Made by a program: the position numbers and the translations under genes. The notes beneath the pieces were generated by a model that saw nothing but the letters and a program-made list of their open reading frames with translations, made no database searches and was not told the DNA's origin. Shown piece after piece: positions 36,501 to 44,458 of a stretch of DNA of 64,000 nt. Each line of letters opens with the position of its first letter. Position 1 is the first letter of the stretch. The DNA lies in NCBI GenBank assembly GCA_964392665.1, contig CAYMQB010000003.1, positions 21,176-85,175 on the forward strand, written 5' to 3'. The DNA comes from an uncultured bacterium (lineage in GTDB: Bacteria; Hydrothermota; E44-bin80).

Positions 36501-36650
36501 GCAAGAATGGGTGCTATAATGGCACCGATGGCAACTTCGGTTGTAGGTGGGCTTGTTGTTGGAACAATACTAACACTTATTGTAGTTCCTTTAGTCTATT
36601 CGATTTTTGATGATGTGGTGCAAAAACTCGCGTCCAGGTTAAAACGATAA
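33573..36650 (+). CDS. RND efflux transporter permease (AcrB/HAE1 family)
   Basis: 1025 aa. Collinear with, and about 35-40% identical by eye to, the RND permease at 25046..28126. Confidence 0.9.
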   Translation: MNLPQFSVKRSVTVLMLILIIAIFGMISFTRLGVELMPDITFPTVSIITKDTGVAPEDIETMITKPIEGVVSTVKNVKKVSSISKEGISVVMVELEWGSNIDFITQDIREAIDIVKDYLPEDASKPMIVKTDPSMMPIIELSVTGNKDPIELRNIAKDIKDRLEQVRGIANVTLMGGAEREIQVKVDRERMKFYNISLNQIIQILAFENLNLPGGNIQEGYNDFLVRTLGEFGGVDEIGNIVIGARDNIPIHLKDVALIKDEMKDMRSFGRTNKRRSVILLCSKSSGVNTVRAANNLKSEVERLEGILPEDIEIGNVFDQGKTTTDVVSSTVNSALWGSLLAILSLLLFFRNWRPTLVIAFSIPLSILATFIAMHIAGFTFNIMTIGGFALGVGMLLSNAIIVIENIFRHLEEGEGREKASISGTTEVLKAILGSTLTTVVVFLPLIYASGIAGQLSRGLALTIAFSLLASLLVAFTIVPMLASRIFVKRKKKKEYEAHFGERFFEGFNRGYKSVLTYTLEHRKRIGLITLVVFVVSLFLLLFVGKEFIPGMDSSMFSVNIAMPVGTSLDETEQVMKQLEDIVLSQPEVKLVSSFGGESEMGQASFFMGGTESVNEGQLMVRLKDKRRRSEVEIKDAIRKKIPHIEGAKIEFPDMSQSIMGSGEAPIEIKIFGPDLSVLDTLSAKIVKAIENTNGIKDIDRSLGKGKPEIVIRVDRQAASRVGLTAGQIATQVEVALKGKVATKYKEKGEEYDLRVQLRATDRKTRSDIGNIGILTSLGTTISVKNVAKIIESKGSVKLLRENQKRKVTVSAAFMGRDLGSIMADIKQQVSGISKADDYFIDYGGEAESMQETFKSLGITLLLAILVVYMIMAAVFESLTHPFVVMFTLPFAAVGVILILLITNISLSLTSLLGVIILVGVIVNAGIVLVDYINQLRKGGMKRDEAIIQGGMIKLRTVILINLTTVLGLLPMALTRARMGAIMAPMATSVVGGLVVGTILTLIVVPLVYSIFDDVVQKLASRLKR

Positions 36651-36661
36651 AGGAGGATTTT

Positions 36662-37141
36662 ATGGTGTCTAAGGATAAGACAAAAGAATACATGAGTAGA
36701 GTTGAGGCGTGTGTTCCTGAAATGCTGAGATGTATTCATATTTCAGTTCCACGAGAGGTTCTGGGATTGAAACTGACAATTTCACAATCTGTAACTTTAA
36801 GCAGTCTTGGATATAAAAGATCCTGTAAAATGAGCGAGCTTGCACAGAGCATTAGTATGAATATGAGCACGCTAACACCCGTAGTTGATTCTCTGATTCA
36901 AAAACGACTTGTTCTTAGAAGAAGAAGTAAAGATGACAGACGCGTTGTTCTGGTACAACTTACAGAGAAAGGTAAAAAAGCAGTTAGCGGAATCAACAGG
37001 TATAAGAGGAAACAGATTAAAGATATCATCGAATATTTTCCAGAGAAAGATAGGGAACAAGTGCTTCTTGGTTTTGAAAATATGGTCAAAGCATTCACTG
37101 ATATATGCAATAAGAAAAGTAAGAACGGGAAAGATAAATAA
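36662..37141 (+). CDS. MarR family transcriptional regulator
   Basis: 159 aa. Winged-HTH region LTISQSVTLSSLGYKRSCKMSELAQSISMNMSTLTPVVDSLIQKRLVLRRRSKDDRRVV. Confidence 0.8.
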   Translation: MVSKDKTKEYMSRVEACVPEMLRCIHISVPREVLGLKLTISQSVTLSSLGYKRSCKMSELAQSISMNMSTLTPVVDSLIQKRLVLRRRSKDDRRVVLVQLTEKGKKAVSGINRYKRKQIKDIIEYFPEKDREQVLLGFENMVKAFTDICNKKSKNGKDK

Positions 37142-37211
37142 GTGGAAAATTTAGAATAATTATTAATGCTTATCTGCTTAACTCCCATTTTGATATTTAG
37201 CCTGAAAGTCT

Positions 37212-37376
37212 GTCATTGCGAGGAGCGAAGCGACGTGGCAAAATCATCTTTAAGTAATGAAAATTGAAATAGTCAACAGCGAGATTGCTTCGCATTTGTG
37301 GAGCAAGCCCCGTGTAATAGGAAAGTTTTTGTGCATAATGGTATTACACAGGGCAAGAAGAAACGCTCGCAATGAC
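37212..37376. repeat. MITE/REP-like element copy A (TIR GTCATTGCGAG ... CTCGCAATGAC)
   Basis: Its reverse complement aligns nearly base-for-base over about 95 bp with copy B at 55090..55246, including CCCTGTGTAATACCATTATGCACAAAA. 11-bp terminal inverted repeats. Intergenic between the marR-like and phaR-like genes. Confidence 0.65.
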
Positions 37377-37426
37377 GTTCTTGTGATATTGCGAGTTAAG
37401 CAGATACGCATATAATTATTTTTTGC

Positions 37427-37455
37427 TTGACAATTCTCATTTTTTACCATACTAT
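37427..37455 (+). promoter_or_regulatory. candidate sigma-70 promoter (TTGACA-17-TACTAT) for the phaR-like gene
   Basis: TTGACA at 37427..37432, TACTAT at 37450..37455. An SD AAGGAGA precedes the GTG start. Confidence 0.35.
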
Positions 37456-37469
37456 TCCGCAGTGCGGAA
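37455..37469. promoter_or_regulatory. perfect 7-1-7 palindrome TTCCGCAGTGCGGAA at the TSS; candidate operator (autoregulation by the PhaR-like protein)
   Basis: The palindrome starts at the last base of the -10 hexamer and ends 12 nt before the SD. Confidence 0.3.
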
Positions 37470-37481
37470 TAAGGAGAATAT

Positions 37482-38051
37482 GTGAGAGTGATAAAGAAAT
37501 ACGCAGCAAGAAAAATGTATGATGTGAAGGACTCCAGATTTGTGAATCTTACAACGTTGAGGGATATGATACTTGCGGGTAACGAGATACGGGTAATAGA
37601 CAACCAAACAGGGAGCGAGATTACTTCAACAGTATTGGCACAGATTGTTTTGGAGCAGCAAAAAAAGCAAGAGCAACAGACATATATTTCAGTTCCTGGA
37701 TTGTTCCGAGAACTGATGAAAAGGGGAAAGAATTCCATTCTTGACTTTTTAGAGAGACCGTTATCAGGTTCGTTGGAATTGCTTTTTCTTAGCGAAGAGA
37801 GAATGAAAGAAAGTTTTCGTAAGTTAGTAAAATCAGGCCAGGTAAGCAAGCAACAGAAAGACGAAGTGGTTAAGGGATTACTCATAAAAGTCAAAGAGAG
37901 CAGGAGGATGTTGGAATCTTTTATCAAAAATACGATTGTTCATATGGATTTTCCGACAGGGACAGAATTCGGAAAGTTAAAAAGGGAAGTGGATGAATTG
38001 AAAAAACAGCTTTCTTCAATATCAGCTAATAAAAATGCAGAGAACCGTTGA
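37482..38051 (+). CDS. PhaR-like transcriptional regulator (PHB/PHA accumulation regulator DNA-binding domain family)
   Basis: The N-terminus VIKKYAARKMYDVKDSRFVNLTTLRDMILAGNEIRV matches the conserved PhaR IKKYxNRRLYDT...L motif. The C-terminus is a coiled coil. Confidence 0.6.
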   Translation: MRVIKKYAARKMYDVKDSRFVNLTTLRDMILAGNEIRVIDNQTGSEITSTVLAQIVLEQQKKQEQQTYISVPGLFRELMKRGKNSILDFLERPLSGSLELLFLSEERMKESFRKLVKSGQVSKQQKDEVVKGLLIKVKESRRMLESFIKNTIVHMDFPTGTEFGKLKREVDELKKQLSSISANKNAENR

Positions 38052-38103
38052 AGTTGTGCATAATAGTCAACGAATATGAGTTCACAAGTTATGGAGAATT
38101 AAT

Positions 38104-38727
38104 GTGCTTTATTCTTTTTTACATGTAGTTCTTAAGGCACTAGCAGTCTTTTACTTTAGGCTACAAACGGATGGTATCGAGAATATACCAAAGAGTGGTG
38201 GAGTTATCTTAGCGCCGAATCACCCAAGTGACCTGGATTCAATAATTCTTGGTACCGCAATCAACAGGCAACTTCACACAATGGGTAAGGAAGAATTGTT
38301 CAGAAGAAAGTTCGCTGCTTTTATTCTTAAAAAGATAAATGCCTTTCCTGTGAAAAGGGAGAAGTTCGACAGGGCTTCACTCAGGTGTGCATTGAAGATA
38401 CTCAAGGATGGAAATGTAATTGATATGTATCCTGAAGGAACTGTAAGTAAAGATGGAACTTTGCAGGAACCTAAATTGGGAACAGCCTTTATTGCATTGC
38501 AATCAAAAACACCTGTTATACCGGTAGCGATAATCGGTAGTTATAGTGTGATGTCAAAAGGAATGAGATTTCCAAGACCGCGCAAAGTGGTTGTGAAATT
38601 TGGTGAACCTATTTTTTTTGATGAATATTACGATAAGCCGCACAAGAAAGAAATATTGAAGATACTGAGTACACGGATAATGGGCGAAATCAAATATCTG
38701 CAGGAATCTGAGGGAGAAGCAAAATAG
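38104..38727 (+). CDS. plsC: 1-acyl-sn-glycerol-3-phosphate acyltransferase
   Basis: LAPNHPSDLDSIIL carries the HX4D acyltransferase motif, followed by the FPVKR and PEGT blocks. 207 aa. Confidence 0.8.
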   Translation: MLYSFLHVVLKALAVFYFRLQTDGIENIPKSGGVILAPNHPSDLDSIILGTAINRQLHTMGKEELFRRKFAAFILKKINAFPVKREKFDRASLRCALKILKDGNVIDMYPEGTVSKDGTLQEPKLGTAFIALQSKTPVIPVAIIGSYSVMSKGMRFPRPRKVVVKFGEPIFFDEYYDKPHKKEILKILSTRIMGEIKYLQESEGEAK

Positions 38728-38752
38728 TCTATAAGGGATGACTCAGGTAAGA

Positions 38753-41700
38753 TTATTCACGAAGCCTTGCGTGGTATTTTCGATAGAAGTATGAAGCGAT
38801 GAGGAAGATTGCACCAATGCCAAGAAGTGCAAGCATCTTATAGAGTTTTCCCGAGAAGCTCAGGTCAATAAGAAAAACCTTAAATAATGTTATACAAAAG
38901 AGACTCAAAGCGGAAATACGAAGTGGGAGAATCCTCTTAATAATTCCGACAAGAAGCAAACCAAAACCGTAAATAACCCAGAGAAGTGATATGGCAAAGG
39001 CTGCTTTCTGTTCACCTAAATCCCAGACCCTGTAAAACGATAATGTCGCCTGCGAGTGTAACTGGATAAAAAGAAGGATAAGGAAAAGTGTCCATAAATA
39101 TGGAGTAGCCTTTTTCTCGAATTTAGTAACTGAATCCCTTTTAATGGAATACTGAACAGCTGCATATGCCAGTGCGCTCAGCAAAATGGCCGTGGATACG
39201 AATTTAAGATTAAAAAGAAATGAGAAGCCGTATGTAAATCTGTAGAGAATTGTCGAATTCTCCATAATCAACTTAAGGAAAGTAAGACTAATAAATACTA
39301 AACCTGTAATACGGATAGCTGTTTTGTTCTTCTGAACACCCAGAATGAGCAGAGTAATTGAAAAGAAAGTCCAGAGTATGGTTGTGAAGATGAAACTCTC
39401 AAATCGCAAAGACTGTGTTGCCAAGCGGTTGAAATAGGTGATAATTTCAATATTGAGTCCCAGAAAGAGAAAAGAAAAAAAGGTTGTCCAGAGTGCTGGA
39501 ACAGCTAAGTTTTGTCTTTTATCCTCACCAAGGCTTTTCTTCGAATAAACCAAGGCTCCCACTGCAATAACTCCAAGTAGTAAAGAAAGTGATAGAAATT
39601 TTAGGTTCAATATGAACGGTAAACCATAAGTAAACCGTTGAAGCAGAGGTGTATCGATGAGGAAGAGTTTGAATGCCGTCATACCTATAAGGATGTAAGC
39701 TGCAATGCGATGGTTTGATATTTTCTTATGAATGCCAGTAATAAGAAACCAACACGAGAAACCTGTCCATAGCATGGTTGTGATAACAAGACGCATCATC
39801 TTTAGCGCTGGTTGATTAAGTGTTGAGAAGAAAGAAAAAATCTCGAAGTTTAACGAAAGGAAAAGCATAATAGCGAAAGTTGAGGCGAGAATCGATTCCC
39901 CTTTCTGTTTAAAGCCTACGCTCTTTTTGCGTTTATTCTTATAATACATTGCACCTATCATTACACTGATGATGAAAACTGCGGTAGATAGAAACTTCAC
40001 ATTAAAAAGGAAGGGATAACCGTATCTATAGTAATTGTAAAGAACAGGAGTATCAATTAGCAACATCTTCGCTGCCGTTGCGAACATTAAGCATAAACCC
40101 GCTATTCTGAGTGGTTTTGTTCTTGTCATAATGCCTTGAATTAGAAACCACAAGAAGAATACCGACCAGAGCATTGTGCTATATGCGAAAAACATATTCC
40201 CTGCTATTCCTCTAAGGTTGAGGAAATAGTGAATAAGATCAAGATTTGTTATCCAGAAAAGTGTTATTAGAAACATTAAAAACAGAGGGACTTTGTATTT
40301 TTTTTCATTGAAAGATAAATTCTTGAAGCGTCCGAGAATGATAGCACCGAAGGCGAAGGAAAGAGAAACAAACAATTGAGCAAAAAATCTTGAATTTAGG
40401 TACAGGAAATAATGGGCATTTGTGTTATGTAAAATAGCCGTATCGACCGTAAATAATCTAATTGCAGCGATTAAGAATACTATCAATCCTCCGTAAAGAA
40501 GAGGTTTCCTGTCTATGAGTGCTCCAATAAATAGGAAGATGGCTGCTTCAAGAGCCCATGCAGTAGTGATCCAGTAACTATTCACAAGCATTGGGACAGG
40601 AAGAGTGAGAAGCCCAATTGCAGTTCCCATTAACCCCCCATAGAGTAAAGTATCTTTTGCATTTAGTTTCCTTATTGCTCTTGAGAGAATAAAATGGTAG
40701 ATTGCCATAAATAGAGGGACGGCAGGTATAAAACTTGCAATACCTCTCTCTCTTAGCATTGTATAGCCGATGAGCAAGAACATTATGGGGTTCAAAATAA
40801 CGAGAATTAAGTCTTCCGGGTAAGACCTTTTTTTCAAGAGAAAACTTTGCGGTGTGCTCATAAAGGAAAAAAGCACAAAATAAGCCACTGCGAAACCTGA
40901 TGCAAGGGAGAAATCAGCGTATGTATACTTCCAGATATACCATCCTCCGAAGTATCCTATTGTGCAGATAAAGGAAAGAAAGGTAATCAATCGCCACCTC
41001 TTTATTGATGCCACATAGAGAACGCCCAGGTCAACAATAAGCAAGTAAGAAAACAGTGGAGGTTCGTAGTATATCGTCGGGTTTGGAAGAGCGAAAAAGA
41101 GCGGTGTTGCGAAGGCGCCGAGTATGCTGAGAAATGCAATGGGAAGACCGTTATGGTATGCGGCAAGGGACATTCCACCAATGGTTGTGCAGAAAAATAA
41201 AATGAAAGCGGGTAGTGGAGGCAAGATATTGTAGAAATGATAAGCTGTAAATATGGTTAAATAGAAAATTATCAAGGCAAGTCCTAATAATCCCTGTGAT
41301 AGGGGTCCGAATTTCTTTTTATGGAGGAATTCGCCAAACCAGATGATAAGTAATCCTGCAAGAAAGCCGAGTACGGTTCTCGCTGTCTCACCAAGCCAAC
41401 CTTGTTCAAAGGCATACTTCAAGAATATGCCAAATCCGGCTGCAAATACGACTACACCAACCCATACGAGCCATCTTTCCCCGACCATTTGTTCGAAACG
41501 CAACCATGCTGCTTGACTTTTTACGGCTTTTTTGAGGACTGGTTCAATCATAGATTCAGGTTGAACTGGAAGTTCCTTCTTTACTGCTGGTGGCTCTTTC
41601 GGAGGAGTTGTTTTTTTCTTTGTTTTTACCTCTTTTTTTGTTTTCGGTGGTTGTTTCTTTAAGGTTGGTTTTTCCTCGATATTTTCCGATTGAAATTCCT

Positions 41701-41764
41701 TTTTGAGTTTGCTCAGTTCCTCTTCGAGTTTTCTTATTCTTACTTCAATTGAGTTTCTGTCCAT
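38753..41764 (-). CDS. large polytopic membrane protein (DUF2339-like): N-terminal coiled coil, Lys/Pro-rich linker, about 28 TM helices
   Basis: 1003 aa. The N-terminus is IEVRIRKLEEELSKLKKEF followed by a KKQPPKTKKEVKTKKKTTPPKEPP linker. The remainder is repeated hydrophobic hairpins. Confidence 0.55.
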   Translation of the reverse strand: MDRNSIEVRIRKLEEELSKLKKEFQSENIEEKPTLKKQPPKTKKEVKTKKKTTPPKEPPAVKKELPVQPESMIEPVLKKAVKSQAAWLRFEQMVGERWLVWVGVVVFAAGFGIFLKYAFEQGWLGETARTVLGFLAGLLIIWFGEFLHKKKFGPLSQGLLGLALIIFYLTIFTAYHFYNILPPLPAFILFFCTTIGGMSLAAYHNGLPIAFLSILGAFATPLFFALPNPTIYYEPPLFSYLLIVDLGVLYVASIKRWRLITFLSFICTIGYFGGWYIWKYTYADFSLASGFAVAYFVLFSFMSTPQSFLLKKRSYPEDLILVILNPIMFLLIGYTMLRERGIASFIPAVPLFMAIYHFILSRAIRKLNAKDTLLYGGLMGTAIGLLTLPVPMLVNSYWITTAWALEAAIFLFIGALIDRKPLLYGGLIVFLIAAIRLFTVDTAILHNTNAHYFLYLNSRFFAQLFVSLSFAFGAIILGRFKNLSFNEKKYKVPLFLMFLITLFWITNLDLIHYFLNLRGIAGNMFFAYSTMLWSVFFLWFLIQGIMTRTKPLRIAGLCLMFATAAKMLLIDTPVLYNYYRYGYPFLFNVKFLSTAVFIISVMIGAMYYKNKRKKSVGFKQKGESILASTFAIMLFLSLNFEIFSFFSTLNQPALKMMRLVITTMLWTGFSCWFLITGIHKKISNHRIAAYILIGMTAFKLFLIDTPLLQRFTYGLPFILNLKFLSLSLLLGVIAVGALVYSKKSLGEDKRQNLAVPALWTTFFSFLFLGLNIEIITYFNRLATQSLRFESFIFTTILWTFFSITLLILGVQKNKTAIRITGLVFISLTFLKLIMENSTILYRFTYGFSFLFNLKFVSTAILLSALAYAAVQYSIKRDSVTKFEKKATPYLWTLFLILLFIQLHSQATLSFYRVWDLGEQKAAFAISLLWVIYGFGLLLVGIIKRILPLRISALSLFCITLFKVFLIDLSFSGKLYKMLALLGIGAIFLIASYFYRKYHARLRE

Positions 41765-41806
41765 TATGTCTCCATTTTTCCCTTAATTGTTCTTCCATTT
41801 ATTATG

Positions 41807-41902
41807 GGGGTCAGGTCTCAACATTTGACATAACCTCTTGGTTTATTCCAAAATTATATATCTTATCAATTCTTCCTATGTCAAATGTTGAGACCTGACC
41901 CC
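41807..41902. repeat. 26-bp perfect inverted repeat (GGGGTCAGGTCTCAACATTTGACATA) with a 44-bp spacer; the right arm encodes the last 8 codons of the hydrogenase maturation protease
   Basis: The left arm at 41807..41832 is the exact reverse complement of the right arm at 41877..41902. Confidence 0.8.
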
Positions 41903-42355
41903 TAATTCCCTTTCTATTATCTCCACTGCGTTGCTTTTTATCGAGCATTCGACTTCAGGAGTCATTCTCTCCGAAAATTTAAATACCTCCTTTATTTCAA
42001 TTCCATATATGGAAATACTTTCGGGAATCTTAAGACCCATTTTTTTACCCAATTCTATTGCCGTTGCAAAATTTATAGAATGTATGGATGTAAGATGGAC
42101 GGTCTCATTAAGTTCTTTTAGCGATATGTTATGAAGTTCACCAGGTTTTCCACCCTTCTCTACAGCATCAACTATTACCAATTTGTCGTAACCAGCAATA
42201 ATATCAAGGATACGAATCCCTGCCACATTTTCTGTAACAAAATCAACACCCTTTTTTTTGCCGACAATGGACGCTATTTCTTCAACCACTTTGATGCCTG
42301 CTGCATCATCTGTTAGGATAGGACTGCCCAGACCCAAAAAAAGCAATTTTATCAT
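41876..42355 (-). CDS. hydrogenase maturation protease (HycI/HyaD family)
   Basis: N-terminus ILFLGLGSPILTDDAAGIKV is the Ni-binding/protease motif, with Asp/His ligands downstream. Start set at MIKLLF, ATG 42355. Confidence 0.8.
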   Translation of the reverse strand: MIKLLFLGLGSPILTDDAAGIKVVEEIASIVGKKKGVDFVTENVAGIRILDIIAGYDKLVIVDAVEKGGKPGELHNISLKELNETVHLTSIHSINFATAIELGKKMGLKIPESISIYGIEIKEVFKFSERMTPEVECSIKSNAVEIIERELGVRSQHLT

Positions 42356-42430
42356 TTTCAATTAAGAAATTTCAGCGCAGGTATGCAAACGGAGATTTCG
42401 ATTAATCTGCGATTCTGTGCGGTCAGAAAG

Positions 42431-43102
42431 CTATTGCTTACCTGTGTTTCTCAACATTTGGTTTATCAACCACTCGGACCACATATCAAATCCTTGCCCA
42501 CTTAAAGAAGAAATTTTGAAAACGGAAAGGGATGTATTTATGTTGTCTGCATTCTGCAAAAGTATTTCCAAGTCCACCCCTAATATATCTAAAAGGTCCA
42601 TCTTATTTACAAGCATTACATGGGATTTGCGGAACATCAATGGATATTTCACAGGTTTATCATCGCCTTCCGGTAAACTTAAGACAACCACATTTTTGTT
42701 AGCCCCAGTATCAAACTCTGCCGGACATACAAGGTTACCTACATTCTCTATAAAGAGCAAGTCGATCTCCTTAAGGTCCAAAGACAGTGTTGCATCCTTA
42801 ACCCATCCGGCTTCGAGATGACAGTCACCACCAAATGGACCTGTATTAATCTGAACAACGGGGACATTCAGTTTTGAAATTCTCTCCGAATCTTTTGTAG
42901 AATAGATGTCGCCTTCGACAACCCCAATTCTATATTGGCTATTTAACATCGTTATGGTTTTCTCGATAATCGAAGTCTTACCGGAACCAGGTGAGCCCAT
43001 AAGGTTAACCGCGAACACCTTGTTTTTAGAAAATAAATCCCTGGTTGCTTCGGCAGCTACATCGTTTGCAGAGAGCACCTTTTTTAATACATTTATCTTC
43101 AT
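42431..43102 (-). CDS. hypB: hydrogenase nickel incorporation GTPase
   Basis: P-loop GSPGSGKTS, then CH..G and ENVGNLVCP motifs. No His-rich stretch. Confidence 0.9.
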   Translation of the reverse strand: MKINVLKKVLSANDVAAEATRDLFSKNKVFAVNLMGSPGSGKTSIIEKTITMLNSQYRIGVVEGDIYSTKDSERISKLNVPVVQINTGPFGGDCHLEAGWVKDATLSLDLKEIDLLFIENVGNLVCPAEFDTGANKNVVVLSLPEGDDKPVKYPLMFRKSHVMLVNKMDLLDILGVDLEILLQNADNINTSLSVFKISSLSGQGFDMWSEWLINQMLRNTGKQ

Positions 43103-43447
43103 CTAATCCTCCTCTATCTCTATGGATTTTATGAAAAGTTCTGTGCCAGATAGAATTTTCAATTCTCGGGAGCCACATCGAGGGCAAACAAAAAGCGGAT
43201 AGTCAATATCGAAGCCAGAACCGCACGAGTTGCATTTCGCCTTCACGGAAATTTCTTGTATCTTAAGCTCAGCGCCTTCGACTGGCGATCCTTGTCCTAC
43301 GAACTGAAAACAGAATTGCAGTGATTCGGGGACCACTGCTGTTAGCTTACCTATTTCAAGGTTAATACAGGAAACTTTACCTGTTCTCCCTTCCAAGGAT
43401 TCTTCAACAACTTTTTTGATATTTTCGGCGATACTTAGTTCGTGCAT
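43103..43447 (-). CDS. hypA: hydrogenase nickel insertion protein
   Basis: N-terminal MHELSIA and a zinc-site CxxC...CxxC (CNSCGS...CPRCGS). 114 aa. Confidence 0.9.
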   Translation of the reverse strand: MHELSIAENIKKVVEESLEGRTGKVSCINLEIGKLTAVVPESLQFCFQFVGQGSPVEGAELKIQEISVKAKCNSCGSGFDIDYPLFVCPRCGSRELKILSGTELFIKSIEIEED

Positions 43448-43455
43448 CTTTTAAC

Positions 43456-44457
43456 TCAACATATTCTAGGTAACTGTTCTCCTTCCAGCATATCGATAAT
43501 TCTTGTCCCACCAGAAAGTGTTTTTATATATACTTTTCCGGTATGTCGAGAGGTAACCTCGCCAATAATCTCGCTATCTTTTCCAAGTATATGTTTCCGC
43601 ATACTCTCCAAAATCCGGGCAGCATCTTCACTTGCTGCTACAGTAACTACCTTTCCTTCATTTGACAGATAAAGGGGATCAAAGCCCAGAAGTTCGCAGG
43701 TCCCTTTTACAGTGTTTTTTATAGGAATTTTTTGCTGTTCCAGCATTATACCAAAAGGTTTTTCTTCTACAATTTCATTTAGTGTTGTAGCAAGGCCACC
43801 CCTTGTTGGATCCCGCATAAACTTTATTCCTTCAGAGCAATCGAGAATTTCTTCTATAAAAAAATTAAGGGTTGCGCAGTCACTTTTTATTGCAGATTTC
43901 AGTCCGAGGTCTGACCTCGCTGAAAGCACGGCGATACCGTGTTCTCCCAATCCTCCATTTATGATGATCTTATCTCCAACAGCAATGTTTTCGCAACGGA
44001 GCGGTTCGGCTTCAATGACACCAACGCCGGAAGTATTAATGAATAAACCGTCACAATTACCACTTTCTACTACTTTGGTATCACCTGTAACTATCTGGAT
44101 ACCTGCAGCCGTGGCTGTGCGCTTCATAGAAGCAATAACCTTTTCTAAAATTTCATAATCGAGTCCTTCTTCAATCACCAGTGCACAGGAAATCCAGAGG
44201 GGTCTGGCACCCATTACCGCAATGTCATTCACAGTTCCACAGACGGCAAGTTTACCTATATCGCCACCAGGAAAAAACAGAGGTTTTACAACGTAAGTAT
44301 CAGTAGTAAAGGCAATCTTTTGACCATCTATATCAATAATGGCGGAATCATCAAGTGTAGAGAGCAGTGGATTATTGAATGACTTTAAAAAGAGGTCTTT
44401 TATAAGATTATGCATCGATTTTCCACCACTGCCATGAGAAAGATTTATATGTTTCAT
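43456..44457 (-). CDS. hypE: hydrogenase maturation carbamoyl dehydratase
   Basis: AIR-synthase-related fold with a C-terminal PRIC motif. Start set at MKHINLSHGSGGKSM (ATG 44457), 1 nt after the hypD stop. The ORF-track extension overlaps hypD. Confidence 0.85.
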   Translation of the reverse strand: MKHINLSHGSGGKSMHNLIKDLFLKSFNNPLLSTLDDSAIIDIDGQKIAFTTDTYVVKPLFFPGGDIGKLAVCGTVNDIAVMGARPLWISCALVIEEGLDYEILEKVIASMKRTATAAGIQIVTGDTKVVESGNCDGLFINTSGVGVIEAEPLRCENIAVGDKIIINGGLGEHGIAVLSARSDLGLKSAIKSDCATLNFFIEEILDCSEGIKFMRDPTRGGLATTLNEIVEEKPFGIMLEQQKIPIKNTVKGTCELLGFDPLYLSNEGKVVTVAASEDAARILESMRKHILGKDSEIIGEVTSRHTGKVYIKTLSGGTRIIDMLEGEQLPRIC

Positions 44458-44458
44458 C

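Noticed and set aside
37250-37927. 225-aa minus-strand ORF spanning MITE copy A and the 5' half of the phaR-like gene
   Set aside because: Its N-terminal part is a translation of the MITE repeat. The same peptide LALCNTIMHK appears in the unrelated ORF 55008..55697, and the remainder is antisense to phaR.
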